A stretch of 64,000 nt of DNA, taken from positions 62,001-126,000 of the IMG/VR virus record IMGVR_UViG_3300009011_000002. One strand, given 5' to 3'. The notes beneath the pieces were generated by a model. The model saw only the letters and a program-made list of their open reading frames with translations, searched no databases and was not told where the DNA came from. How positions within the stretch are numbered: position 1 is the stretch's first letter; the number at the start of each line of letters is the position of its first letter. Positions 1 through 10,125 of the stretch are shown here, piece by piece. Both the position numbers and the translations under genes were made by a program.

Positions 1-674
1 CCTACGGTGACGCTAGGGGCACGATAAACGATTCCCTTCGTCGCACTACCACCTTGGTCCAAAAGACCGTGTAACAGCGCGATGCGGTCTTCCAGAGCAC
101 CGTCGAGGTACTCATGTGGCAAACCGTGTTTAACGTCGAAGTTAATCTCCGCACCGTTCAGACGGCGAATGATCCGTTGGTCACCTTCACCGATCAGCTC
201 GTAACCTTCCGGTAGGTGTTCCCGGACGTAGGTGTCTTGAGCAACGCCGTGGCTGGTGTAGTACAACCGACCTTTCGATTGCCAGGCGGTGTACATCAGA
301 CCCATGATGTACGGATGGATCTTCAGCTTCTTCTTGGGCCCGTCAATGGGTGCTACCAACGGGACTTCGAAACGACGTCTCCCACCCTTCTTGTCCAGTT
401 CCAACGCCAAACGAGCGGTACTGAAGTCACCGGTGATCCCGTCCTTGTTGTCGAACAAGGTCCACAAGTGTTCAGCCCCCACTTGGGTAATACGGCCGTC
501 ACTCATGGTGACGTTGTACAGACGCATGACACCTTGTGGATGGATGCCCATCACACGGCTGGTCTTACCATGACGGTTCCAGATCTCGTCGCCAGTACGG
601 AGTTCGGAGATCTTCTTCCAGCTAACGTTACCGTCTTCACCCACCACAGCCACTTCGTTCTGATCCCACTGCAT
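1..674 (-). mobile_element. Intein (N-terminal part) in the terminase P-loop, Met1, with a degenerate LAGLIDADG domain
   Basis: After PRQQGK the frame reads MQWDQNEVAVV...WKKISELRTGDEIW...VMGIHPQGVMRLYNVTMSDGRITQVGAEHLW (Hint blocks A and B), then PYIMGLMYTAW (block C-like) and RIALLHGLLDQGG (block E-like). The C-terminal junction lies outside the window. Confidence 0.85.
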
Positions 675-1220
675 CTTGCCTTGCTGACGCGGCATGATCA
701 TGTACGTGGTGATGTGGTTCAGGTAAGTCCAGATGAAACTGATGTTACCCCGGTTGGCCATGAAGTTCAGTTCAGGCTTCAACCGACACACCTCTCGCAG
801 GAAGTACCAAAAGTTAGCTCGGCATTCTTCTGCAATCCAGGTGCGTTGTTCGTTGGTCAAATCCTCAGCGTAAGGATCCACCCCTTTCAACATAGGGTTG
901 TTCAGCTGGAGGAGGAAGTAGTAGTTCTTGATTCCTTGCTTCCGGAAGACTTCGGCTGTCCGGAGGAAACTGGCGTTCTTGGTAGAAAGGTCAGCCGCTG
1001 CTTTGTAGCGAGCAAAGTCTTTCAGGAAACGGACGGTCTTGATACTGCTCAGACTGTCTTCGTTGAAGTGTGCCATGATGAGTTCATCACGGGTACGCTT
1101 GGTGTGATCGATCCGCAACCTGCGATCATCGATCAGCTCGGTTGGAAGATTCTGACAGCCCAGGTAGTCCACCAGGTCCGTCGCGAACTTCAGTACGGGA
1201 TTGTCAGATTCTGAAGTCAT
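1..1220 (-). CDS. terL: Terminase large subunit (5' part, runs off the window), phiKZ gp25-like, containing an intein
   Basis: Not in the ORF track because it is open at the window edge. Manual translation from ATG 1220 (RBS GGAG) gives MTSESDNPVL...NYYFLLQLNNPMLKGVDPY...CRANFWYFLREV...NRGNISFIWTYLNHITTYMIMPRQQGK. This is the phiKZ-type TerL N-terminus and Walker A. Synteny with the three virion genes and the sheath fits. Confidence 0.88.
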   Translation of the reverse strand, partial: MTSESDNPVLKFATDLVDYLGCQNLPTELIDDRRLRIDHTKRTRDELIMAHFNEDSLSSIKTVRFLKDFARYKAAADLSTKNASFLRTAEVFRKQGIKNYYFLLQLNNPMLKGVDPYAEDLTNEQRTWIAEECRANFWYFLREVCRLKPELNFMANRGNISFIWTYLNHITTYMIMPRQQGKMQWDQNEVAVVGEDGNVSWKKISELRTGDEIWNRHGKTSRVMGIHPQGVMRLYNVTMSDGRITQVGAEHLWTLFDNKDGITGDFSTARLALELDKKGGRRRFEVPLVAPIDGPKKKLKIHPYIMGLMYTAWQSKGRLYYTSHGVAQDTYVREHLPEGYELIGEGDQRIIRRLNGAEINFDVKHGLPHEYLDGALEDRIALLHGLLDQGGSATKGIVYRAPSVTV

Positions 1221-1252
1221 GCGTAACTCCGACAAAAGCGGAATGATGAAAA

Positions 1253-1281
1253 GGTAGCCTAGGCCACTGGCCTAGGCTACC
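1253..1281. terminator. 14-bp stem hairpin (GGTAGCCTAGGCCA-C-TGGCCTAGGCTACC) upstream of terL
   Basis: Perfect inverted repeat with a 1-nt loop, followed by TTTT on the minus strand. Confidence 0.55.
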
Positions 1282-1291
1282 CAAGGGGGTG

Positions 1292-1516
1292 TTACTCGCT
1301 CGCTTCGTCAGCGTCACTGATATCAGTGATCTCGGCACAGTCCTTACGGCGCTCGTAAGTCAAGACGCCGAGGTCGTCGTAGATGTGAACGTCGCGGTGC
1401 TCACCGTTCTGGAGTACAAACTCCTCGCGGGTTTCCTGCGTTGCTACGTTGTACATACGCACGACAACTTCTTTGTCATCGCTGCAATGCGCTTGAACTT
1501 TTACGGCTGAGGTCAT
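1292..1516 (-). CDS. Hypothetical protein, 74 aa
   Basis: ORF with RBS (AGGAG), bounded by hairpins and co-directional with its neighbours. Confidence 0.7.
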   Translation of the reverse strand: MTSAVKVQAHCSDDKEVVVRMYNVATQETREEFVLQNGEHRDVHIYDDLGVLTYERRKDCAEITDISDADEASE

Positions 1517-1580
1517 ACGCTTCTCCTACGTTAAAGACAGAGCAGCCGGGTCGTAACCCGGGCTGCCCCCACTGTAGAAT

Positions 1581-3314
1581 TTAAACCTCTACAGTGACAC
1601 CTGTGGTAGCCAGCTGAAGTTCAGTGCCATTGGCCGCTTTATTTACCCAGTTGATATACCACGTTTTACCTTTCTGCAACTCGATGTTGATCGGGTTGTT
1701 CTTGTTCCAGTCGGCGATCGCAAAGCGCCAGCGACGACCATCTTCGTGCATAAAGTCGAAGTGGGTCGGGTTTGGAGCTTTGTCTTCGTCGTAGGTGTCG
1801 TAGCTCGGGTTGACCTTCCAGAACAGCGCATCCAGCCACGCTGCTTGGTTGGCCATGCCGTTGGTGAGGTTGAAGGTAGACGACGTACCATTGTTGACAG
1901 CCTTGACGGTGAGTGCGTCGTAGGCAGCCTTGGCAGCATCGAAACCAACCGTCCAGCGGGTACCTGGGCCGTTGACATCTTTGTTCAGGATGATCTCCGT
2001 GTACTGGACGTACGTGACACTCTCGTACGTCTGTGCGACGTTCTTGAGGTTCAGGTTGAAGATCATGTTCTGAGCCACCCCGTACGACTTCGGACGGAAC
2101 GCAGGGCTCTTGTCGTTCAGCGTAACCATGGCGGTCACATCGATGAGCGTCTTGCGGTCCAAGTCGAACAGGAAGTGTTGGAGCTTGTAACCCCCGATCG
2201 TCGCGTCCCATTGCGGGTACGTGTAGATCTTCGGCGAGTAAGCACCTTTAACCGAACCGGCCGTGATGGTGTACAACCGGGCCTTGTGGTTCGGACTGCC
2301 TGGTTGGGCAATGTAGTGCTGCTCGTTGTCAGCGAAGTTGTAGTTGAGCGACAGCTCACCCACCATACCCGGTGCCTTCGGACGCCACTCACGCAACCCG
2401 TACAGCGAGAACTTCGTCCCGTTGACTGGCAGAGCATCGGTCTTGGTACCGTCGGAGAAATGCGCCACTGCGCGCAGCTCCACCGCCAACAGCGGTACGT
2501 TGATCGGTACCATGATGTTGTCGGGATCGCTGGTGTTGGAGAACCATGGCGACAGGAGCTCGATCTCGGTCACGTACTTCATGCCGATCTCGTGGTCCTT
2601 CATGTACGCGCAGTCCTGCACCATCAACATCTGCACAGGCGGAATGAACTGACCACCCTGGTCGTAGAAGACCACGGTGCAACGCGAACCATCCGGCAGG
2701 GCTTCTTTGTTCATGGTGACACTGAACGGCCCGGTGGTCATGATGGTCTGGTTGTTGAGGTCTTTGATCGCTGCCAGCTTGCACGGTACTTGCTTGCTGA
2801 TCATAACTTGACCGGCGTTGTACTGCGCGCTGATGATCTTACCCGTGTCCTTGTCGAGGTTGTTCCCGTAGAACAACAGGGCGTAGGCTGCATCAGGGCG
2901 CATGATGGTCGCGTCGATACGCGCCACCGGAGGACGCACGCTGTAGTCGATTGCCAGCAGCGCCTCACCGGCCATTGGACCACCCCGCAGACCGAACAGG
3001 GCATCCTGGTCAGCAGTGTTACCTGCATTCCCATTCTGCAGCGCCCAAGGACTCAGGGTAGACTTCAGGGTAGCTTCCCAGTCGACCTTCTCCACAACAA
3101 GGATCAGACCATTAGGTTGGTCGAAGACCAGCTCCCCTTCTTGCGGGACCACGTAACGATCACGCTCTTCGATCGGGTGCTTGTCCGGATCGTAGATGTG
3201 TTCGATGTAGTGGAAGGCACGCCGCTCACCCGCGTTATACGGAGTGATCGACGTACCAGCAACGGCATTGGTAGCCGAGCTGTTGGGGGAACTATCGAAC
3301 TGTGTTGTTGACAT
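1581..3314 (-). CDS. Virion structural protein, phiKZ gp26-like (probable baseplate)
   Basis: About 577 aa from ATG 3314 (RBS GAGGGG). Its position next to terL matches the phiKZ gp25-gp30 order. Confidence 0.7.
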   Translation of the reverse strand: MSTTQFDSSPNSSATNAVAGTSITPYNAGERRAFHYIEHIYDPDKHPIEERDRYVVPQEGELVFDQPNGLILVVEKVDWEATLKSTLSPWALQNGNAGNTADQDALFGLRGGPMAGEALLAIDYSVRPPVARIDATIMRPDAAYALLFYGNNLDKDTGKIISAQYNAGQVMISKQVPCKLAAIKDLNNQTIMTTGPFSVTMNKEALPDGSRCTVVFYDQGGQFIPPVQMLMVQDCAYMKDHEIGMKYVTEIELLSPWFSNTSDPDNIMVPINVPLLAVELRAVAHFSDGTKTDALPVNGTKFSLYGLREWRPKAPGMVGELSLNYNFADNEQHYIAQPGSPNHKARLYTITAGSVKGAYSPKIYTYPQWDATIGGYKLQHFLFDLDRKTLIDVTAMVTLNDKSPAFRPKSYGVAQNMIFNLNLKNVAQTYESVTYVQYTEIILNKDVNGPGTRWTVGFDAAKAAYDALTVKAVNNGTSSTFNLTNGMANQAAWLDALFWKVNPSYDTYDEDKAPNPTHFDFMHEDGRRWRFAIADWNKNNPINIELQKGKTWYINWVNKAANGTELQLATTGVTVEV

Positions 3315-5964
3315 TGAAATGCCCCTCAATGGCACAAGCAGATTCCAGGTACATATCGTTCACCTGCTTAATGAAAAGAAGCTCCTTGGCCGTCACCACC
3401 AGCTTACCGAAGTTCGCATAGGGCATGATTGCAAAGTAGCGTGGGTCATACTTCATGATGACAGGGTCGAACTCCAGCCACCACATGTAGGCTTTCACCG
3501 CGTCCTGGACGTCTTGACCGCTGTACGCAGTCTCACTGCCCTTGAGGGTAGGGAGTTTGATGAAGCCGTTGATCAAGCCGTTTACCACCACGCTCAAGAA
3601 CGGGCTGAACACCCGGTACTTGTCTTGCAGGTTCGGCAACACCGGAACGTTAGGCCCTGGTGGTTGAGCAGGACCACCCGGTTCCCAAGTGATCTCTTCC
3701 GCCGCTGTGGTGGGCTTAGGGAGGTACTTGGTCAGGTAATCACTCACCCGTTGGTCGACTTCCCGACTGCGTTGCCGCAGGTAGTACGTGTCGTAGTCCT
3801 TGACGAACCGAATCGGACAGAAGACGTGCTTCACCATGTAAGGCAACCCGTTGAGGATGCTCCACTGGTTGTCCGGTACTTCACGTTCAGCGCGAGGAAC
3901 CTCGTCGCTCATGTAAAGCGCTCCGCCAATAACCGTACGAGTAACTCGATCACCGCGCAGGTTATAACGACTAACACGGCCAATGACACCACCGTCAATA
4001 AACCCCAGTTCAGTTTCCGAATTCGGGTTATCCACGTCCGTATGGAAGCCATGCGCCCTCACTGTGATGGTCTGGGGACCGTCAACAATGAACTGCTTAT
4101 TGACGATGTAGCAGTACTTATCCTTGTACACCCAATCCACTTTGTCGATCAGTGGATGGCCATTCAACCAGATGTCGATCTGGGCAAACGAGATCGGGAA
4201 GATCAACCCGCCGTCTTCGTAGATGTGCGTCAGCGCAAACGCCAAGCTGTGATCGAGGTGATCCAACTGGAACGTATACGCCAAGCTACCTCGGTTACGG
4301 CAGATGATGCCCCGCTGGTTGGTTTTGTCCAAACCCGTCCAGATGAGCTTACCGTTCTCGATCTTGTAGATCGCGGTATTCCCAGTGACGTTGGTCAACG
4401 GACCTACCAACTTGCCCGTCGAGATGGCGTATGCACTGGTAAAGACTTCGTAGTCCCAGTTACGGTCTACCACTTGGTCGGTGTTGACGATCACGTAGTC
4501 GAGCTTACGGGCTGCATGACCGATGGTGAATTCCACCATGGCACACGTCGGGTTGACCGGTGCGTAGTAACGGGCGTTGGTCTGGTTGTAGTAACCCAGG
4601 AACTGTCCGTTCGCATCGTGTTCCCACGCTGTGAACAACTCACGGTAGGAAACCGGCACTTCAATGCCCCGACCCCCTGCCTCGTAGGTAGCCCGCATCG
4701 GCGTTTCACTGAGGACCCGCGTAGCCGCGTTGTAACCCACCGACAAGATCGCGTCTTCCCGGTTGATCATCATGTACTGCCTGCGGAGCAAACTCATCAC
4801 AGGGCCGCTCTCCAGCGCGTTAGCGGTCCACTCAGCCATGTTAGCCCGAGCCCCGGTAAACGCCAGCAGGATGTTTGCGTCCGTCATACGGTACAGGTAG
4901 CGAATGCGGTGGTGCTCATTCGGCCACTGGTATTCCCAATCCGTTTTCCGAACCAAGATCCGGATACGAATCTTCGACACCACGTTGAGGTCTGGGTGGA
5001 ACGCCGACTGGTTGGCAATCGCGTCACTGGCAATCGCCACGTCAACGTGGGTCAACTGACGTACCGTGCTCACGTCATTGCGGTGGAGGTACAACCCGTT
5101 CTTCCCAGCCCCCAGCAGGAAGTAATCATTGTCGTCGAAGTAACGCAGTGTGAAATCCCCTTTCCGTTTGGTCGGGTGGAGGATCACCTTGCGTTTCTTG
5201 TCGAGGTCCGAGTAATAGTCCCGCAGGCTGGAGTAGTTGTACGTTTCCGTACGGATCACAGTAGGGTCATGCCAGAACTCGACAATGTCCCCCACCTTGA
5301 TCCCGGTGATGGTGTTAGGCGCCCCATCGAAGAAGGCCCCGTTCCAATACACACCGGTGAACCCTGCCTTTGCCTTGAACTTGTTGTAGCGGGTCATGAA
5401 GGTCGCCAGTTCAGCCTGACTCTCATAGACCATCGTTTCATAGACAAAGGGGTTACCGGTTTCAGCCAACGCCAGATCACCCACGTCAACCTTCTGACTC
5501 GGGCCGTAGGTACGGAAGTACATCTGCGTACCGTCTGGCATTGGGTAGCCTTCCAACTTCTCGAAGGCAATGAAAGTCAAGCCGTCCTGGGTGGTCATGA
5601 ACCACGAGTGGCTACGGCTGTACTGGTAACCCTTTTCGTTGTAGAGGTCCAGCTGCAGACCCCGTACCTTGGCAGTTGCACCTAGGTTAACCCAACGGTC
5701 CAATGGGTTACGGCGGAGGATGTGATTCTGGAAGTTCCAAAACCCTGACTCCAAGCCACCCACATGGAAGATGTGGAAGTAACGGTTCCGCTTAGGGAGG
5801 TCCCGCCACTTGTTCATGAACGGGAAGTTACCGATACCACCGAAGTAGTCGGTAACGCGCACAAGCTTTACTTGATACTGCTGGTTTTCTTCAGGGTTCG
5901 CCCAGAGGTTCTGTTCGATGTAGTCAACCAGTGGTGTATCGTCTTCTGGTGTCCGACGCGCCAT
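3292..5964 (-). CDS. Virion structural protein, phiKZ gp27-like (890 aa)
   Basis: Long ORF with phage-typical codon bias. Size and synteny match gp27. Confidence 0.7.
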   Translation of the reverse strand: MARRTPEDDTPLVDYIEQNLWANPEENQQYQVKLVRVTDYFGGIGNFPFMNKWRDLPKRNRYFHIFHVGGLESGFWNFQNHILRRNPLDRWVNLGATAKVRGLQLDLYNEKGYQYSRSHSWFMTTQDGLTFIAFEKLEGYPMPDGTQMYFRTYGPSQKVDVGDLALAETGNPFVYETMVYESQAELATFMTRYNKFKAKAGFTGVYWNGAFFDGAPNTITGIKVGDIVEFWHDPTVIRTETYNYSSLRDYYSDLDKKRKVILHPTKRKGDFTLRYFDDNDYFLLGAGKNGLYLHRNDVSTVRQLTHVDVAIASDAIANQSAFHPDLNVVSKIRIRILVRKTDWEYQWPNEHHRIRYLYRMTDANILLAFTGARANMAEWTANALESGPVMSLLRRQYMMINREDAILSVGYNAATRVLSETPMRATYEAGGRGIEVPVSYRELFTAWEHDANGQFLGYYNQTNARYYAPVNPTCAMVEFTIGHAARKLDYVIVNTDQVVDRNWDYEVFTSAYAISTGKLVGPLTNVTGNTAIYKIENGKLIWTGLDKTNQRGIICRNRGSLAYTFQLDHLDHSLAFALTHIYEDGGLIFPISFAQIDIWLNGHPLIDKVDWVYKDKYCYIVNKQFIVDGPQTITVRAHGFHTDVDNPNSETELGFIDGGVIGRVSRYNLRGDRVTRTVIGGALYMSDEVPRAEREVPDNQWSILNGLPYMVKHVFCPIRFVKDYDTYYLRQRSREVDQRVSDYLTKYLPKPTTAAEEITWEPGGPAQPPGPNVPVLPNLQDKYRVFSPFLSVVVNGLINGFIKLPTLKGSETAYSGQDVQDAVKAYMWWLEFDPVIMKYDPRYFAIMPYANFGKLVVTAKELLFIKQVNDMYLESACAIEGHFNVNNTVR

Positions 5965-5969
5965 AGCGA

Positions 5970-6851
5970 TTACCCATTGAGGTTGTAGGTATAGTCAATG
6001 TTCTTTACGAACGACTCGAGGGTGTTCTTGTTGTACTTGGGATCCAACGCCGTCCCAAGCGGGGTCTTCTGGTAAGCACGGAAGCGAGTGCAACCGTACA
6101 CCATCGCCGTCATCAAGCACGGCAGTTCACACGCAGCACCCACCACACGCGGACCGATCGACATGAACATGATGGTACTGATCAGTGCGGTGAAGTCTTT
6201 CAGGGTAACCGTCTTCAGCTTGTACAGCCGAGGGTTAGCGTGGATGGCATCGAGGAGTTCTTCCAGCGTACGCAGTTGCGGAAGTTCTTCGATCACACCC
6301 AGGATGTAACCTTTCTCCGCACCGTAGATGGTCCGGATCACGTTGGTCGCCACGAACTGGAGGTCCGTGTTGTTCTCTTCTTCCAAGCAGATGAAGAAGA
6401 ACGCCAGCAACATGTTGAGGGTCATGACCTCATCGGGCAGCAGGTGGGCTTTACTGGCCATCTTGCTACGCACCGCTTCGGTGAACGCCTTGGTCACTTG
6501 GATACGACCGTTCTTCAGCGGGGTCAGGTTACCCTCGGCCACGTCTTGTTGCAGGAACGCCGCCAGCCGCATGATGGTGATCTCGTTGGGAGAGGTCACC
6601 TGGTTGTTGCCTTTGTTGCGGTAAGGACGCTCATCGTAGACGGTAATGGTCTGACGGTTGTACGCCTGGAAGGTCATCGGGAAGGCGAAAACATTCACCC
6701 CCAGATCCGTTTCATGGGTGATAACGAACACGTTATCTTTCTTGGTGGGAGTCAGGCTACGACTGACGTGCAGTGCCGCCAGTGTGCTCTCCACGTTGTC
6801 CGTGGACTTGCTGAGTCTTCCGACCGTCGAATCATAGCCATTGAGAAGCAT
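5970..6851 (-). CDS. Virion structural protein, phiKZ gp28-like (293 aa)
   Basis: ORF divergent from the sheath gene. Assignment is by synteny. Confidence 0.65.
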   Translation of the reverse strand: MLLNGYDSTVGRLSKSTDNVESTLAALHVSRSLTPTKKDNVFVITHETDLGVNVFAFPMTFQAYNRQTITVYDERPYRNKGNNQVTSPNEITIMRLAAFLQQDVAEGNLTPLKNGRIQVTKAFTEAVRSKMASKAHLLPDEVMTLNMLLAFFFICLEEENNTDLQFVATNVIRTIYGAEKGYILGVIEELPQLRTLEELLDAIHANPRLYKLKTVTLKDFTALISTIMFMSIGPRVVGAACELPCLMTAMVYGCTRFRAYQKTPLGTALDPKYNKNTLESFVKNIDYTYNLNG

Positions 6852-6872
6852 GCGAAAAACCCCTAAAAATAA

Positions 6873-6926
6873 TATGTTATGTGCCAGTGGAATATCACAC
6901 TGAATGGCCCAGAAATGGCTTGCATA
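6873..6926. promoter_or_regulatory. Candidate divergent late promoters (TATG motifs)
   Basis: TATG at 6873 and 6878 (+) and at 6923-6926 (-) in the AT-rich divergent gap. phiKZ late promoters centre on TATG, but the motif is short and weak evidence. Confidence 0.3.
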
Positions 6927-6969
6927 CGATTGTTTTAGGACCCCTTCTCAGAACTCATGAGGTTCTCCC

Positions 6970-9141
6970 ATGACCATCGCTTCCCAAATCGTAGCGGGGA
7001 AAACGGTAAACAACGGGATCAACGATCAATCGATCCCCCCGTATTCCGTGTCTTCCCCTACATTCCCGCTTCATATGCCGGTTGTTACTCTGGTTACACC
7101 AAAGGGTCCACTGGCAAAGGATAAGGGTACTACCTGGATCAACCTCGCCGACTTCACCGCAATGTTCGGCAACGTTACTGACCACACCTCGCCGTACTAC
7201 AACCCAAGCGCACTGCTGATTCAGCAACTGCGTGCGGGTGGTCAGTCGACCATCGGTGTTCGTCGCGTAGCGGCCAACGACAAAGTGGCGCGTACCGCAC
7301 TGTCTGCCTTCGTGCAGAAGAAAACCGTGCAGGACTACGAGCGTGACCTGGCTGGCAACTTCAAGCGCAATGCGCAAGGTGCCAAGATCGCGACCGCCAA
7401 GACCTACACCGACGGTTTCACCATCGTCATCAAGCCGGACCCGGATGCGGCCACCAAAGCGGTGGGTGGTCTGACCGTCCGCACCATCCCGGCCGTTCCT
7501 GCGGCTGGCGGTAACCCTGCAGTGCCGGAGACCTATGTCTTCCCACTGTTCGAAGGTATCGCCGGTGTGGGTGAAGCCTACAACTCCAGCGGCCTGATGG
7601 CTGGTGTTCGCGATGATTCGGTTAACTACCGCGCCATCGCCGAGTTCGTGAAGGCGACCGGTGTTTATCCGTTCGACCTGAAGGAGTTCACCGAGTCGGC
7701 TTCGGGTACCCGTACCTTCGCCAAAACCGCCGATCGTCGTGAGACTGTTCCGTTCACCCTGATCCAGGTTGACTACAAAGGCGAGCAGTACAACGTCAAG
7801 CGTGGCTTCGGCGCGTACACCGGCACCAACGTGAACCGCAAGGTGACCCCACGTGCCGCGCCGTACAACGACGTGCACGTTTACACCGACAGCATCAACG
7901 CGCTGCTGCAGACCATGTACGCGGTCGAGAAGAAGTACAACACCACCCTGCTGAGCGTTACCCAGCTGGGCTTCGAGCAGATGAACCCGTTCACCTGCGT
8001 TAACCACACTGGCGCGCCGTACTACGCCATCGAAGTGGGCACCGGTGGCAACACCTGGGACCTGAGTGGTTCGGTCCGTGCTTCCGGCGGTGTTCACCCG
8101 TTCTACGACAACGCTGGCAAGCTGCCAACCTACGTGACCGTTGACCCTCTGGTCGACCCACTGGGTGTGCTGGCTGCAGTGAAGTTCCCGATCACCGCCA
8201 AGCAAGCCTGGCAAGTGACCAACGAACTGATGGTAGGCGACTTGACCGAGTACCTCGCCGGTACCGAGACCAAGAACTACACCCGCAACCGTCAGTCGTT
8301 CTTCTGGGACGTTGGTTACACCCAGCCGGTGAAAGACCTGGCCGTCCAGCTGCTCGCCAGCCGGAAGGACATCATCGTCGCGGGTTGCGCCACCGTTTGG
8401 AAGCCGGGTGCGGCGAACACCCTCTCCGAGATCTACAGCCGTGCTACCGGCCTGGTTAACGCCATGCGTCTGTACCCGGAATCGGAGAAGTGGGGTACGC
8501 CTACCTGCCGTGCGTCGATCAACCTCATCGAGGCCAAACTGATCGATGAGAAGACCGATGGCTTCTTCTCGATGAACCTGGACCTGGCTTACGCGTTCGC
8601 GCTGTTCGCCGGTAACGCCCAGGGTGTCGTCAAGCCAGCGTTCTCGCCGGACAGCAAGAAGAACCGCGAGCTGCGCACCATGCACACCCCGAACATCGAG
8701 TTCGAGGAAGATTTCACCGCAGCGAACAACTTCGACATCGGCGCACTCACGCTCCGTGTCAAGGACTCCGAGCAGCTGTTCCGCCCGGCGTTGGTCACCG
8801 TGTACAACAACCCGGACTCCGTGTTGAAAGACCTGGTCACCACCTTCCTCTGCGTTTGCATCGAGAAGATCGCGCAGGACAAGTGGAACGAAGTGTGCGG
8901 CGACACCACGCTCAGCGCCTCGAACTACGTCGCTACCTTCAAGGACGAGTCCGAGAAGGATTGCCGCAACCGTCTCGGCGGTATGGCAAAACGCATTACC
9001 TTTGACGGTTCCTACAACGAGACCGCCCCAGGCGGCCGCGCTGTGATGAACGCCATTGGCCACGCTTACTTCAACAAGGGTAAGTACATGATGAACCTGG
9101 ATCTGTTCGCGTACAACGAACAAGATCTCGAAGCCGCCTAA
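6970..9141 (+). CDS. Tail sheath protein (phiKZ gp29-like)
   Basis: 723 aa with RBS GAGG and strong codon bias. FFWDVGY...RKDIIV motif and N-terminal PLHMPVVTLVTPKGP. Followed by a tube-sized gene. Confidence 0.88.
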   Translation: MTIASQIVAGKTVNNGINDQSIPPYSVSSPTFPLHMPVVTLVTPKGPLAKDKGTTWINLADFTAMFGNVTDHTSPYYNPSALLIQQLRAGGQSTIGVRRVAANDKVARTALSAFVQKKTVQDYERDLAGNFKRNAQGAKIATAKTYTDGFTIVIKPDPDAATKAVGGLTVRTIPAVPAAGGNPAVPETYVFPLFEGIAGVGEAYNSSGLMAGVRDDSVNYRAIAEFVKATGVYPFDLKEFTESASGTRTFAKTADRRETVPFTLIQVDYKGEQYNVKRGFGAYTGTNVNRKVTPRAAPYNDVHVYTDSINALLQTMYAVEKKYNTTLLSVTQLGFEQMNPFTCVNHTGAPYYAIEVGTGGNTWDLSGSVRASGGVHPFYDNAGKLPTYVTVDPLVDPLGVLAAVKFPITAKQAWQVTNELMVGDLTEYLAGTETKNYTRNRQSFFWDVGYTQPVKDLAVQLLASRKDIIVAGCATVWKPGAANTLSEIYSRATGLVNAMRLYPESEKWGTPTCRASINLIEAKLIDEKTDGFFSMNLDLAYAFALFAGNAQGVVKPAFSPDSKKNRELRTMHTPNIEFEEDFTAANNFDIGALTLRVKDSEQLFRPALVTVYNNPDSVLKDLVTTFLCVCIEKIAQDKWNEVCGDTTLSASNYVATFKDESEKDCRNRLGGMAKRITFDGSYNETAPGGRAVMNAIGHAYFNKGKYMMNLDLFAYNEQDLEAA

Positions 9142-9154
9142 GGAGTGAGTGGTT

Positions 9155-10054
9155 ATGGCTAACACCAACCTGCCGCACCGTACGCCCACTACCCTGATGC
9201 CGTCTTCGGACCCGTTCGTTACCGCGATGGACATGCAAAACCGTCCGGTGATCAACGGTGAAGAAGGGGGCATGTACGGGTGGGCTGGTAACGTTTTCGA
9301 ATACCTGTCGGCCCAACCGCACGTCAGCCAGCAAGCCTGGTGCATCGTGCTGTCCACCCCGGCCATGTTCTCCCGCCTCCCAGGCGGTGACCGTCTGCAC
9401 TCCCTGTGCAAGGCGTTCTTCGAGAACCGTTCGCAGTCGTTCGAAGGCCTCCGTGACCAGACCGAGATCCAGTTCGGTTCGATGGAATGGACTGGTCACA
9501 AAATGTCCATCCCCGTCGGGGCAACCCGCCAGCTGGGCCCAGTGACCCACACCGTCTACGACGTCGAAGGTGAACCATTCACCAAGATGTTGAAGATCTG
9601 GTCGCAGTGGGGTCTGATGGACCCAGAAATCCTCAACGCCAAACTGGTGTTGCTGGACGATCCGGGCGACATGCTGCTGGATGAAACCTCCTACTCGGCT
9701 ATCTACTTCGAGCCGACTCGCAACATGCGGGACATCGCGCACGCCGCGATCGTTGTGGGCGGCCAGCCGCTGAACACTGTGCCGATCGAGCTGAAGCGCA
9801 ACAAGTCGGAAGAGAACCAGATCCGCCAGATCCAGATGGAGTTCACTGGCGTGATCGAGTTCGACACCTACGCGGTGAAGCAGATCGCGCGTCAGATGCT
9901 CCAACTGCTGCCGACCTACAACCCGGATGCCGTTGCTGCTCCGACTGGCTTCCAGCAGCGTACCTCGATCCTGGAGTCGCTCACCAACTCCGGTACCATC
10001 GAGCGTATGACCACTGCGAAGTCGCAGGTCGTAGATCCAAACTACATGGGTTAA
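9155..10054 (+). CDS. Tail tube protein (phiKZ gp30-like)
   Basis: About 299 aa directly after the sheath, RBS AAGGAG, strong codon bias. Confidence 0.82.
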   Translation: MANTNLPHRTPTTLMPSSDPFVTAMDMQNRPVINGEEGGMYGWAGNVFEYLSAQPHVSQQAWCIVLSTPAMFSRLPGGDRLHSLCKAFFENRSQSFEGLRDQTEIQFGSMEWTGHKMSIPVGATRQLGPVTHTVYDVEGEPFTKMLKIWSQWGLMDPEILNAKLVLLDDPGDMLLDETSYSAIYFEPTRNMRDIAHAAIVVGGQPLNTVPIELKRNKSEENQIRQIQMEFTGVIEFDTYAVKQIARQMLQLLPTYNPDAVAAPTGFQQRTSILESLTNSGTIERMTTAKSQVVDPNYMG

Positions 10055-10086
10055 TCCCACGTAGAAAAAGAAACACAGTTGACAGC

Positions 10087-10116
10087 CCCTACTACCGCCC
10101 TAGGGCGGTAGTAGGG
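10087..10116. repeat. Perfect 30-bp palindrome at a convergent junction (probable bidirectional terminator)
   Basis: CCCTACTACCGCCCT|AGGGCGGTAGTAGGG, no U-tract. Confidence 0.75.
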
Positions 10117-10125
10117 TTATGTCTG

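Noticed and set aside
6955-9411. Long antisense ORFs (e.g. 216-1214, 1746-3311, 3244-5685, 6955-9411, 20726-22465, 29761-32760, 32920-36636, 57004-57804)
   Set aside because: They are mirror-frame shadows of genes with strong C/G third-position bias that avoid TTA, CTA and TCA. They have V/R/G/H-rich composition, no RBS and no recognisable motifs.
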